Position numbers and translations under genes: made by a program. Source: Hyphomicrobiaceae bacterium (GTDB lineage Bacteria > Pseudomonadota > Alphaproteobacteria > Rhizobiales > Hyphomicrobiaceae). Taken from it: a stretch of DNA of 64,000 bases. The notes below the pieces were generated by a model. It was not told the origin of the DNA and ran no database searches. It saw only the letters and a program-made list of their open reading frames with translations. The DNA is taken from the NCBI GenBank assembly GCA_031367505.1, contig JANLPY010000421.1, positions 36,065 through 100,064 of the forward strand. The letters run 5' to 3'. How positions within the stretch are numbered: the first letter of the stretch is position 1; every line of letters begins with the position of its first letter. Below, piece by piece: positions 18,201 through 27,566 of the stretch.

Positions 18201-20771
18201 TCAGGCAGCGTTTGACGCAGAGCCACCGGACACAAGCACATCGCGCTTAGCAGCGGCTCCCGCCGGCGTGATGATGCCTTCACGCTCCATGCGCTCGATC
18301 AGGTCGGCCGCACGATTGTAGCCGATGCTCAGGCGGCGCTGGATGTAGCTGGTCGATGCTTTGCGATCGCGCAGCACGATCGCAACCGCCTTCTCGTACA
18401 GTTCGTCGACGTTCGATGGCTTCGCGGCAGCTAGGGCCGCATCCGCGGGTGAAGGCCCGTCGGTGATGCCGTCGACGTAGCGAGGTTCGCCCTCGCTGCG
18501 CAGCGACATGACGATCGCCTCGATCTCTTCGTCGGACACGAACGGCCCATGAATGCGGGTCAACTGACCAGCGCCCGACGACCACAGCATATCGCCTTGG
18601 CCGAGTAATTGTTCGGCGCCCTGTTCGTTCAAAATCGTACGGCTGTCGATGCGCGAGGCGACCTTGAAGCTGATACGGGTCGGGAAGTTCGCCTTGATGG
18701 TGCCGGTGATGATGTCGACCGACGGACGCTGCGTCGCCATGATGAGATGGATGCCGGCTGCACGCGCCATCTGGGCCAGGCGCTGCACCGCGATTTCGAT
18801 CTCCTTGCCGGCCGAGATCATCAGATCAGCGAATTCGTCGACGACCACCACGATGTAGGGCATGGCTTCGAGTTCGAGCACGTCTTGGTGAAAGATCGGT
18901 TGGCCCGTGCGGTTGTCGATGCCGGTTTGTACGGTGCGGGCGAGTTGCTCGCCGCGTTTGGCGGAATTGCGGACGCGATTGTTGAACACATCGATGTTGC
19001 GCACGCCCAATTGCGACATCCGCTTGTAGCGTTCTTCCATCTCCGACACGACCCAGTTCAGCGCTTGAACGGCCTTTTGCGGATCGGTGACGACAGGTGT
19101 CAGCAAGTGCGGAATGCCGTTGTAAACGGACAGCTCCAGCATCTTCGGATCAATCATCAGGAAGCGGCACTCTTCCGGTGAGAGCTTGTAGATCAGCGAG
19201 AGGATCATGGCGTTGACGCCGACCGACTTGCCGGAACCGGTGGTGCCGGCGACCAGCAGATGCGGCATGCGCGCGAGATCGGTGACGATCGGCTCGCCGC
19301 TGATGGTGCGGCCAAGCGCTAGCGGCAGCGTGCCCTCGCCCGACTTGAACGCATCTGATTCGAGGATTTCCCGCAGGAACACAGTGTCCCGCCTGACGTT
19401 TGGCAATTCGATGCCGATCACGTTGCGGCCAGGAACGATTGCGACGCGCACGGCTGTCGCGCTCATCGAGCGCGCGATATCATCCGCCAATGCGATGACG
19501 CGCGAAGCCTTGGTGCCGCGTGCGGGCTCAAGTTCGTACAGTGTTACGACAGGACCGGGCTTGATATCTTTTACTTCGCCTTTGACGCCGAAATCGGCCA
19601 ACACGTCTTCGAGCAGCCGCGCTGTGCCGCGCAGAACGGCCGACGTGAAATCTTGCGACGGTTTCGCGTGCGACGGGCGCTTCAGCAAATTGAGACTAGG
19701 CCGCTTGTAAGCGTGCTGCGACCGCCGGCTCCAGAGGCCACCAAGTAAGCTGCCCGATCGGCGGGGTTCGTTGCCCTCATGCGCGATGCCGTTGGGAGCG
19801 AACCGTTCGGCGATCTCACGGCTTGCTTCATCGGTTAGCTCGTCGAACATCGGGCCCCGGTGGATCGCCGTGCGTTGAGGACTGCCATTGCGAGCTGTGG
19901 ACGAGAGCTCTGTTGCATCCTCTGGGCGTGTGTGATCGCGGCCGGGCACCGCTCGGAAATCATTGAATGCGGCTTCGGCGAATGCCTGCTGTTCGCGCGG
20001 GCCAGCCGAATCGTAACGCTCCGACGGCACATATTCTTGTCGCGTCGTCGCGCGGTACATATCGCCGTGTTCGCGAACTCGTGCCCGGCCGGAAAACCGT
20101 GATGTAAGGTTTGTCCAAGCCGGCAATCGTCCGCGCCATCCGATCGAACGAGTATAGCCACGGTGTGATGGATCGGCTTGGACTAGATAGGCCAAGTCGC
20201 GCCCACTCAGCCCCAGGCTATGGATCAATGCGGCGAAGCCCGAGCCGGCCAACACCAGTCCGGCCGCAAGTCCACCGCGTTCTGGATTGATCAATCCGAA
20301 CATGTTGTTGACCAGCTTGAAGAGCGCATCGCCGAGGATGCCGCCGAAGCCATGATGCAAGGGCCAGATGGAAAGGGTCGGGAGCGCCGAACTAGCGCCG
20401 GCCATCAACAGAATCGCCAATGGAAAAAGGCAAAACTTCGCCCGGAAATCCGGAACGTGGCGGGCCAAGATGAGCTCCAGGCCCCAAATGGCCGGCGGCA
20501 GCAGCACGAAGATCGCGCCGATGCCGAGCGTCTGCAGCAATAAGTCTGAAAGAATTGCGCCGCCGGGCCCCAGCAAGTTGCGGGTGGAACCGCCGGTGGC
20601 ATGCGTCAAGCTAGGGTCGGTAATCGACCAGGTCAGTAGGCTGATCCAGCCGATCGCGGTCACGGTGCAGAGCACTACACCGGCAAGGCGGGCCGAGGCG
20701 CCGAGAATACGATCCTCGAGCGTCGCCGACAGCAGCCTTTGGGGGTCAATCGCTCTGCTTTCGAAGCCCAT
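18201..20771 (-). CDS. ftsK: DNA translocase FtsK
   Basis: N-terminal TM segments, a Pro/Arg-rich linker, a motor domain (Walker A VAGTTGSGKS, VVVDEFADLM) and a C-terminal gamma winged helix. Confidence 0.95.
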   Translation of the reverse strand: MGFESRAIDPQRLLSATLEDRILGASARLAGVVLCTVTAIGWISLLTWSITDPSLTHATGGSTRNLLGPGGAILSDLLLQTLGIGAIFVLLPPAIWGLELILARHVPDFRAKFCLFPLAILLMAGASSALPTLSIWPLHHGFGGILGDALFKLVNNMFGLINPERGGLAAGLVLAGSGFAALIHSLGLSGRDLAYLVQADPSHRGYTRSIGWRGRLPAWTNLTSRFSGRARVREHGDMYRATTRQEYVPSERYDSAGPREQQAFAEAAFNDFRAVPGRDHTRPEDATELSSTARNGSPQRTAIHRGPMFDELTDEASREIAERFAPNGIAHEGNEPRRSGSLLGGLWSRRSQHAYKRPSLNLLKRPSHAKPSQDFTSAVLRGTARLLEDVLADFGVKGEVKDIKPGPVVTLYELEPARGTKASRVIALADDIARSMSATAVRVAIVPGRNVIGIELPNVRRDTVFLREILESDAFKSGEGTLPLALGRTISGEPIVTDLARMPHLLVAGTTGSGKSVGVNAMILSLIYKLSPEECRFLMIDPKMLELSVYNGIPHLLTPVVTDPQKAVQALNWVVSEMEERYKRMSQLGVRNIDVFNNRVRNSAKRGEQLARTVQTGIDNRTGQPIFHQDVLELEAMPYIVVVVDEFADLMISAGKEIEIAVQRLAQMARAAGIHLIMATQRPSVDIITGTIKANFPTRISFKVASRIDSRTILNEQGAEQLLGQGDMLWSSGAGQLTRIHGPFVSDEEIEAIVMSLRSEGEPRYVDGITDGPSPADAALAAAKPSNVDELYEKAVAIVLRDRKASTSYIQRRLSIGYNRAADLIERMEREGIITPAGAAAKRDVLVSGGSASNAA

Positions 20772-20788
20772 GGAGAAATACGCACATC

Positions 20789-22009
20789 CTACGCGACAAC
20801 ATTGACGATCCGCTCCAGCGCCTCCCTGATCACGGCTGGCGGATGCACGAGCGCCACGCGAATGTGGTTTTCACCGGGATTTACCCCGTTGCGATCCGGC
20901 CGGGCCAGGTAGGAGCCCGGCACCACTTTCACACCACAGCGTTTCCAAAGGGTTACCGTTGCCTCGACGGAATTCCCTAAATGAGCCATATCGAGCCACA
21001 GGAAGAAGCCACCGGCCGGACGGTGATAACCAAACTTGCCCTTTAGCAGCTGGTCACAAATGTCGAATTTTGCCCGGTAGGCCTGCCGAATGACCGAAAC
21101 GTGCTGCTCCTCGGCCCAGACCGCCGCCGATGCATGCTGGATGATGCCCGGCATCTGCGGCGCGGTTAGATTGCGCACTTCGGCCATTGTTTCGAGGAAA
21201 TCACCGTCGCCGGCCGCGAACCCGGATCGCAGGCCGGGCAAGTTCGACCGCTTCGACAGCGAGTTGAAAACAACGAGATTGCGGAATCGCTCCGGTGTGC
21301 GGGCGCCAACGTCGAGTGCGCCGGTGGGCGGGGTGTCGCCCGTATAGATCTCCGAATAGCACTCGTCGAAGAACAGCATGAAGTCGTGGCGGCGGGCGAG
21401 TTCCAATGCCCGCGTTAGATAAGCCCGGCTGGCAACTGCGCCTTGCGGGTTGGCCGGTGAGCACAGGTAAAACGCGACGGTGCGTTCCATCAACTCGACA
21501 TCATCGGCAACCTCGTCGAGGTTTGGTATATGGCCGGTGGCTTCGGTCGCATTGAGGAAGATTGCCTCGCAATTGGCGCCATATGCCGCTCCAACGTACG
21601 CTTGATAGAATGGGTTCGGCATCAGCACTGCCGGCCGGCCTTTGACCTGCTTGCGGCCAGCTGCCACCAGCATTGCGAAGAACAGTCCCTCGCGTGAACC
21701 GTTGAGCGGATGCACTTCGCGGGTGAAATCGATGCCGGGCTTCAGGCTATAACGGCGATCGATCCAGGCGGCGATGGTTTTACGGAGATCATCCGAACCA
21801 CGAATTTTCGGATAGGTGCCGAGCGTGTCCTTGGCTTCCGCTATCCGATCGACGACGAACGCCGGCATCGTTTCCTTGGGATCACCGGCAGTCATCTCGA
21901 TGATATTTGCGTGCCCCGGCGGGATCTCAGCCAACAACCGGTGGAGCCGCGTGAATGGTGACAGCACCGCGCCCTTGGCCAATGCCTCAAGTCCTTGCAA
22001 TTCGCTCAT
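20789..22009 (-). CDS. class I/II PLP-dependent aminotransferase
   Basis: NPANPQG and FNSLSKRSNLPGLRSGF (PLP-Lys) motifs. I prefer ATG 22009 (MSELQGLE). Confidence 0.85.
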   Translation of the reverse strand: MSELQGLEALAKGAVLSPFTRLHRLLAEIPPGHANIIEMTAGDPKETMPAFVVDRIAEAKDTLGTYPKIRGSDDLRKTIAAWIDRRYSLKPGIDFTREVHPLNGSREGLFFAMLVAAGRKQVKGRPAVLMPNPFYQAYVGAAYGANCEAIFLNATEATGHIPNLDEVADDVELMERTVAFYLCSPANPQGAVASRAYLTRALELARRHDFMLFFDECYSEIYTGDTPPTGALDVGARTPERFRNLVVFNSLSKRSNLPGLRSGFAAGDGDFLETMAEVRNLTAPQMPGIIQHASAAVWAEEQHVSVIRQAYRAKFDICDQLLKGKFGYHRPAGGFFLWLDMAHLGNSVEATVTLWKRCGVKVVPGSYLARPDRNGVNPGENHIRVALVHPPAVIREALERIVNVVA

Positions 22010-22147
22010 GTCGGATCTCGTTGGTTGGTGGCGGGAAGAGCAAGCACTCGCCTTAACGCTTGTGCGCCGATCACTCAAGTTGACGGGAGCTAGTTTCTTC
22101 GACAAAGCGCCACGCGGCGCGACTAATGGCGCTGTGTCCGGCGCTGG

Positions 22148-23080
22148 CTATTCCGCCTTGATCCCCTTGGCTTTGATTAGCTTTGCCCACTTCGCAGTGT
22201 CGCGCTGCATCAGTTTGGTCAGTTCTTCTGGCGTTGAGGGCGCGGGTTCTGCGCCCGAGGCCAGCAGTTTCGCGCTCAGCGCTGGGTTGGTGAGTGCAGC
22301 ACGCACAGCCTTATTTAGTGCCGCAACAGTCTCCGGCGGTGTCTTTGCTGATACGAAGAACGCATACCAATTATTGGTGTCAATGCCCGTGATGCCCTGC
22401 TCGTCCAAGGTCCTGACGTCGGGCAATGCTGGATGTCGCTTGGATGATGCGATGCCCAGAGGCTTCAACTTGCCGCTGCGGACGTGTCCAATCAGTCCGG
22501 GTACGTCGCCGAAAAAGCCGGCAATTTGGTTGCCTAATAGGTCCGTGATTGCCGGCGCGGCACCCTTGTACGGAACGTGCAACAACTGAGCGCCCGTGGC
22601 ATCAATGAGCTGTTCGATGGCGAGGTGTGGAATGCTGCCCAGACCTGATGAGCCCATCGGGATCGAATCCTTTGCGGCTTTCGCCGTCGCGACAAACTCT
22701 GCGGCATCTTTTACCGGATTGTCCGGATTGACGACCAGCGACACGGCCGCGAAATCGCGCGTCATGTCATAGGGCAGGTTTTCGTAAAGCGCCGGATTGA
22801 TCGCCACCGCGCCAACACTGGTGATCCAGATCGTGGTGCCATCGGCTGCGGACCGCATAACTTCGCTCGCACCGATCGCGCCGTTTGCGCCCGGCTTGTT
22901 CTCGATCATTACCGTGCGGTCGAGCTCTTTGCTCAGTTGTTCGGCAACGAGGCGGGCGACACTGTCGACGGGACCACCCGGCGAAAACGCCACGATGATG
23001 CGGGTGATTTTCGATTGGGCGAGCGCAGCGGTCGAAAGTGCCAGAGACAGAATGGCAGCTAAAATCATTCGATATCGCAT
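22148..23080 (-). CDS. Bug/TctC-family periplasmic solute-binding protein (tripartite tricarboxylate transporter receptor)
   Basis: A signal peptide plus the family pattern IIVAFSPGGPVDSVARL...ENKPGANGAIG. No tctA/tctB genes are adjacent. Confidence 0.85.
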   Translation of the reverse strand: MRYRMILAAILSLALSTAALAQSKITRIIVAFSPGGPVDSVARLVAEQLSKELDRTVMIENKPGANGAIGASEVMRSAADGTTIWITSVGAVAINPALYENLPYDMTRDFAAVSLVVNPDNPVKDAAEFVATAKAAKDSIPMGSSGLGSIPHLAIEQLIDATGAQLLHVPYKGAAPAITDLLGNQIAGFFGDVPGLIGHVRSGKLKPLGIASSKRHPALPDVRTLDEQGITGIDTNNWYAFFVSAKTPPETVAALNKAVRAALTNPALSAKLLASGAEPAPSTPEELTKLMQRDTAKWAKLIKAKGIKAE

Positions 23081-23122
23081 GGCATGATGCTCCTAAGCGC
23101 GCAGGTACCGGCGGTCGAGACC

Positions 23123-24385
23123 TCACCCATAAGTCCGCTCATCCGAGATCACCTTGCCGTCATTCGGCAACGTGCCCGGCGCTGCGATCGCAACTTCGCC
23201 CTTGAGCTTGGTCAGATCGACGATCGATTGAGCCAGCTTGGCGGCCAACGCAGGATCGGTTGAGGAGCTTTCCGCCCGCAGCGTCATCGCGTCCTGCTCG
23301 CCGACTCGAGTGACGACCAAGCGCAGTCGCCCAAGTTCTGGGTGACGCTTGCCGATGGCGGCGATTTGCTCGGGGTGAACGAACATGCCCTTCACCTTCG
23401 TCGTTTGGTCGGCGCGGCCGAGCCACCCCTTGATGCGCATGTTGGTGCGCCCGCATGGGCTCACTCCCGGCAGCACCGCCGACATGTCGCCGGTGGCGAA
23501 GCGGATCATCGGGTAGTCGCGGTTGAACGAGGTGACGACGACCTCCCCAACTTCGCCTGCAGCGAGTGGCTCGCCGGTACCGGGGCGCACGATCTCCAGG
23601 ATCACGCCCTCGTCGACGATCATGCCGTCGGTGATGCCGTTCGGCCCGACGCTTTCATAAGCGATGAGGCCGAGGTCGGCCGTGGCGTAAGCCTGCGTGC
23701 AGGTGATGCCGCGATCCTTGTACTCCTGGCGCAATGATGGGAACAGCGCACCACCCGACACGAATGCCTTTTTGAAAGATGACGCGTCGCGGCCGGCTTC
23801 CTTGGCTTTATCGAGTAGGATTTTCAGGTAATCCGGTACGCCAGTATAGGCGGTAGGTCGTAGGTGCTCGATGGCGTCGAGCTGTTGTTCGGTGTTGCCG
23901 GGTCCGGCCGGAATGACAGCGCAACCGAGCGCGCGGGCGCCGGCATCCATGATCCATCCGCCAGGCGTCAGGTGATAGGCGAAGGTGTTGTGGACGATGT
24001 CGTGCTTGGTGAAGCCGGCCGCTGCCATCGCGCGCGCCGAGCGCCACCAGTCGGCACCAAAACCTTCCGGCTCGAAGATCGGGCCGGGCGAAACACAAAT
24101 GCGGCCGACGTTGCCCGGCTCGTTGATCGCGAAGTTGCCGAACGGTGGCGACTTCGATTGCGCGTCCTTCAAATCGGATTTTCGCAGTACGGGGAGTGTC
24201 GCCAGTGCCGCGCGTGAGGTGATCGACTTGGCATCGACGCCGTTCAGATGCGCAGCCCACCCCGGCGCCTTGCTCATCGCCCGCTCGATCAGCGACGGCA
24301 GCATGTTGAACAGCGCCTGCTCCCGTGAGCCCGGATCGCGCGTTTCGAGTTGGTCGAAGTGGGGGGAGGGCATGGCGGTACTCAC
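23123..24385 (-). CDS. phenylacetate-CoA ligase (PaaK)/F390-synthetase family adenylating enzyme
   Basis: PaaK-like layout (VSGGALFPSLRQEY, YATADLG, RFATGDM, a C-terminal ACT-like tail). Confidence 0.85.
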   Translation of the reverse strand: MSTAMPSPHFDQLETRDPGSREQALFNMLPSLIERAMSKAPGWAAHLNGVDAKSITSRAALATLPVLRKSDLKDAQSKSPPFGNFAINEPGNVGRICVSPGPIFEPEGFGADWWRSARAMAAAGFTKHDIVHNTFAYHLTPGGWIMDAGARALGCAVIPAGPGNTEQQLDAIEHLRPTAYTGVPDYLKILLDKAKEAGRDASSFKKAFVSGGALFPSLRQEYKDRGITCTQAYATADLGLIAYESVGPNGITDGMIVDEGVILEIVRPGTGEPLAAGEVGEVVVTSFNRDYPMIRFATGDMSAVLPGVSPCGRTNMRIKGWLGRADQTTKVKGMFVHPEQIAAIGKRHPELGRLRLVVTRVGEQDAMTLRAESSSTDPALAAKLAQSIVDLTKLKGEVAIAAPGTLPNDGKVISDERTYG

Positions 24386-24481
24386 AGCACAGGTTCAGCT
24401 TAAGGTGTGCTTGTGATAGGGTGTGAGTGCGAACGCGGTCAATTGGAGAATAGGCTGGTGGGTGAAGCCGAAACCAAGCGG

Positions 24482-25021
24482 ATGACAAAGCCGGAGTTCC
24501 TCGAGTGGCAGCAGCGCCAAGACAAGCTGTATGAGCTGGTCGATGGCGTGCCGTTTCTGCCGATGAAAATGATGACCGGCGCGTCGAGCAACCATGATCG
24601 CACGGTGGTTAATGCGATTGCGCATTTGCGCAACGCGCTGCGCGGCAAGTCCTGCCGGCCAACGACCGATGATATCGCAGTGGACATCCCGGCAGGCGGT
24701 TATCGCCGCCCGGACGTTACGGTTGAATGCGGCAAGCCCGGCCCGCGCGATACCACCGCCGCCGAGCCGCGGGTGGTGATCGAAGTGCTGTCACCCTCGA
24801 CAATGGGGTTCGACCGATTCCGCAAACTCGAAGAATACAAGACAGTGCCGTCGATCCAGGTGATCTTGATCGTCGATACGGAGAAGCCGCAAGTCGTCGT
24901 GCATCGACGGGGAGCGAGTGGTTGGACCTTCGAGGCAATCGAAGGGCTAGCGGCGACCATCCGCCTCCCCGAGATAGATGCCGATCTGCCGATGGCTGAG
25001 CTTTATGACGGGGTTGGGTAG
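24482..25021 (+). CDS. Uma2-family (DUF820) PD-(D/E)xK endonuclease
   Basis: Family pattern YELVDG...H...RRPDVTVE...EPRVVIEVLSPST...KLEEYKTVPSIQVILIVD. I prefer ATG 24482. Confidence 0.8.
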   Translation: MTKPEFLEWQQRQDKLYELVDGVPFLPMKMMTGASSNHDRTVVNAIAHLRNALRGKSCRPTTDDIAVDIPAGGYRRPDVTVECGKPGPRDTTAAEPRVVIEVLSPSTMGFDRFRKLEEYKTVPSIQVILIVDTEKPQVVVHRRGASGWTFEAIEGLAATIRLPEIDADLPMAELYDGVG

Positions 25022-25028
25022 GGGGTAC

Positions 25029-25156
25029 GTAGGTTGGGTTAGCGCTATTTTCTCGGCGCGTAACCCAACACTATACGAGTGGTCATAGACGTTGGGTTAC
25101 GGGCATTATACGGTGAAGCGATGTGCATGATCAGCGGTCGCCCTAACCCAACCTAC
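25029..25156 (+). repeat. 128-bp double-hairpin repeat element, copy 1
   Basis: GTAGGTTGGGTTAG...GTAACCCAAC...GTTGGGTTAC...CTAACCCAACCTAC. It has 14-bp terminal inverted repeats and an internal inverted pair. Confidence 0.85.
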
Positions 25157-25170
25157 AGAAGCGGATTATT

Positions 25171-25695
25171 ATGATGGGCGGGGTGAATACAGAAAGTGAT
25201 GTCGATCAGATTATCGCCCAGTTCAAGGCAGAAGCGCTCAATCCAATAGGTCCATGTGGCTCGTGGGTTATCGAGGCCAACATAAAACCTGACCCTCGGG
25301 CCGGTTCGAATGATATCCCGGTCCGGCGTGGAACTCGTAAATTTCGCGGAGGCGCAAAAGTCCATACCGTTGGGCTTCACGCTGGAGCAGGGCAACACAT
25401 TGCTGTTGTTGGGCGTCATCGGAGTGCGCGCGACTATTTGTGGTGTGTAATACCGGTGGTTCTACTGGAGTGTTTGAGATCAAAAGTTTTATACAGTCCA
25501 GGCATCGCAAAACTGATGTGTCAGGCGCTAACTGACGGTTCGGATCGTAAGACCCGACCTCCAAGACGCGATTGTTTTTTTGAAACTCTCGAAAAGGCCG
25601 AAGCGGCAATGAATTCGATTCAAGCGAACATCGATTACCTATCGAAGCAAACTAAATTAGTAAAGATTGAGGACAGCGATTTGCCTGTTACTTGA
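25171..25695 (+). CDS. hypothetical protein (174 aa)
   Basis: This is the longest ORF between the two repeat copies. The segment GTRKFRGGAKVHTV...IAVVGRHRSARDY...SKVLYSP looks like a conserved orphan family. I cannot name it. Confidence 0.45.
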   Translation: MMGGVNTESDVDQIIAQFKAEALNPIGPCGSWVIEANIKPDPRAGSNDIPVRRGTRKFRGGAKVHTVGLHAGAGQHIAVVGRHRSARDYLWCVIPVVLLECLRSKVLYSPGIAKLMCQALTDGSDRKTRPPRRDCFFETLEKAEAAMNSIQANIDYLSKQTKLVKIEDSDLPVT

Positions 25696-25728
25696 ATCCC
25701 GTATTTTCCCGCCCTCCTCATCCACTTC

Positions 25729-26412
25729 CTACCCCACCATCTCTGCAACGATTGCATCGATATGCGCGGCGGCGCAGTCGACGGCTGGGAAGCCGGCGGT
25801 CGTTTCGTTGAAAACGAGATTGAGGTCGGTGCCGGCAAGTAGGATCGCCTCAACATTTTCGCGAGCGATCAACTCGTGCGCGATTTCACGAAGCTTCGCG
25901 ACGTTCTCCGGTGATGTTCGCCCCTGCTGCGCCAGTTCCAGATAAATGCGATGGATCTCGTCGACTTCCGCATCACGCGGCCTGACGACATCGAACGCTT
26001 CCAGGGCGCCGAATAGGTTCTGATCGATCGTAAAGCGCGTGCCGAACGGCGCTACGCGCTTAAGTTGGCGTTCATGCAGTTTATTGGCAGTCACTTGAAG
26101 TATATCGACGATCGGCAACGCGACCCGGCCTCTTAATTGCTCAAGGCAAATGTGCGGGGTGAGGGCTGGAATGGCGAAAAACGTTGCCCCAGCCGACGCT
26201 ACCTCGCCGGCGAACCCGGCGAGGTACGCCGCCAAGTCTTCGATGCGACCGGCCGTCACTAACGCCAAGGCGTTCGGTGCGTGCGCATGCGCGATAGTCA
26301 GCCGAGGCGCGATGCTTCTTTTGGCACACGCCGCGGCGATCGCCTCGTAGTAGATCACCGTCGCCCCAACACCCAAGCCACCAATTAATCCGAAGTGCTT
26401 GCTGGATTGCAT
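25729..26412 (-). CDS. aspartate/glutamate racemase family protein
   Basis: N-terminal FGLIGGLGVGATVIYY and overall Asp/Glu/hydantoin racemase layout. Confidence 0.8.
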   Translation of the reverse strand: MQSSKHFGLIGGLGVGATVIYYEAIAAACAKRSIAPRLTIAHAHAPNALALVTAGRIEDLAAYLAGFAGEVASAGATFFAIPALTPHICLEQLRGRVALPIVDILQVTANKLHERQLKRVAPFGTRFTIDQNLFGALEAFDVVRPRDAEVDEIHRIYLELAQQGRTSPENVAKLREIAHELIARENVEAILLAGTDLNLVFNETTAGFPAVDCAAAHIDAIVAEMVG

Positions 26413-26474
26413 GGTATCGGCTCCTTACAGATTTAAGGCAGCCAGCGCTTCCGTCTTATGATGGGTACCGGCGC

Positions 26475-26602
26475 GTAGGTTGGGTTAGAGCGCCCTCTTG
26501 GCGGTCGTAACCCAACATATTACGGGTGGTCGAAGTTGTTGGGTTACGGGCGTTAAGCGGCTGAGCGAGGTGCACGTTCAGGCACGCCCTAACCCAACCT
26601 AC
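26475..26602 (+). repeat. 128-bp double-hairpin repeat element, copy 2 (direct orientation relative to copy 1)
   Basis: Same length and same four TTGGGTTA/TAACCCAA modules as 25029-25156. Spacer sequences have diverged. Confidence 0.85.
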
Positions 26603-26644
26603 TGCCGCCGTGCTTGTGCATGCAATGAGTCGGCGCATCCACCC

Positions 26645-27499
26645 TCAAGCCAGCCAACGCTTCCGGCGCTTATAGCTTTTCCCATCGCGGAAATTCTTGC
26701 GGTCGCCGGTGCCGACGCCGAGGTAGAACTCCTTGACGTCTTCGTTCTCGCGCAGCGCTTTCGCTTCGCCATCCATGACGACGCGGCCGGTTTCGAGAAT
26801 GTAGCCGTAGGTGGCGTACCTGAGCGCGACGTTGGTGTTCTGCTCCGCCAATAGAAAGCTCACGCCTTCCTTGGAATTGACGTCGCGCACGATTTCGAAG
26901 ATCTGCTCGACGATCTGCGGGGCGAGACCCATCGAGGGCTCGTCGAGCAGGATCATCGTTGGATTGGCCATCAAGGCGCGGCCGATGGCGCACATCTGCT
27001 GCTCGCCGCCGGAGGTGTAGCCAGCTTGGCTCTCGCGGCGCTCCTTGAGGCGCGGGAAGTAGGCGTAGACTTTTTCAAGCGACTGGGCGATCGCCGCGCG
27101 GCCGTCCTTGCGGGTGAACGCGCCGGTCATCAGGTTGTCTTCGATCGACAAGTGGCCGAAGCAGTGGCGGCCTTCCATCACCTGGATGCAGCCGCGCTTG
27201 ACGAGGTCGCTGGGCGATAGCTTATCGACGCGTTCGCCGTTGAACTCGATCGAACCCTTGGTCACGTCGCCACGTTCGCCGCGGATTAAATTCGAGATTG
27301 ATTTGAGAGTGGTGGATTTGCCGGCGCCGTTGGCACCGAGGATCGCGACGATGCCACCCCTTGGCACGGTCAGTGACACGCCCTTCAACACCAGAATCAC
27401 GTGATCGTAGATCACCTCGATATTGTTGACCGAGAGGATCGGCTTTGCCAAGACGGCGGCGGGGGTCACATGAACGATGGGTGCGGCGACGGTGGTCAC
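26645..27499 (-). CDS. branched-chain-type ABC transporter ATP-binding protein (LivF-like) with basic C-terminal tail
   Basis: Walker A GANGAGKST, signature YTSGGEQQM, Walker B ILLDEPSMGL. Confidence 0.9.
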   Translation of the reverse strand: MTTVAAPIVHVTPAAVLAKPILSVNNIEVIYDHVILVLKGVSLTVPRGGIVAILGANGAGKSTTLKSISNLIRGERGDVTKGSIEFNGERVDKLSPSDLVKRGCIQVMEGRHCFGHLSIEDNLMTGAFTRKDGRAAIAQSLEKVYAYFPRLKERRESQAGYTSGGEQQMCAIGRALMANPTMILLDEPSMGLAPQIVEQIFEIVRDVNSKEGVSFLLAEQNTNVALRYATYGYILETGRVVMDGEAKALRENEDVKEFYLGVGTGDRKNFRDGKSYKRRKRWLA

Positions 27500-27566
27500 G
27501 GGAGCTACCTCGATTGGTCAGCTTCAAGTCTAGCAAAGGCTTTAGCTGGCGTTCGTTGCCGGGACC

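Noticed and set aside
25296-25330. A tRNA-like GGTTCGAAT motif.
   Set aside because: The flanking sequence cannot form acceptor or anticodon stems, and the motif lies inside the 174-aa ORF.
26456-26854. ORFs 26456-26638 (minus strand) and 26498-26854 (plus strand) spanning the second 128-bp repeat.
   Set aside because: Their translations are produced by the repeat itself and by the antisense of the LivF-like gene. They have no ribosome-binding site and no family signature.
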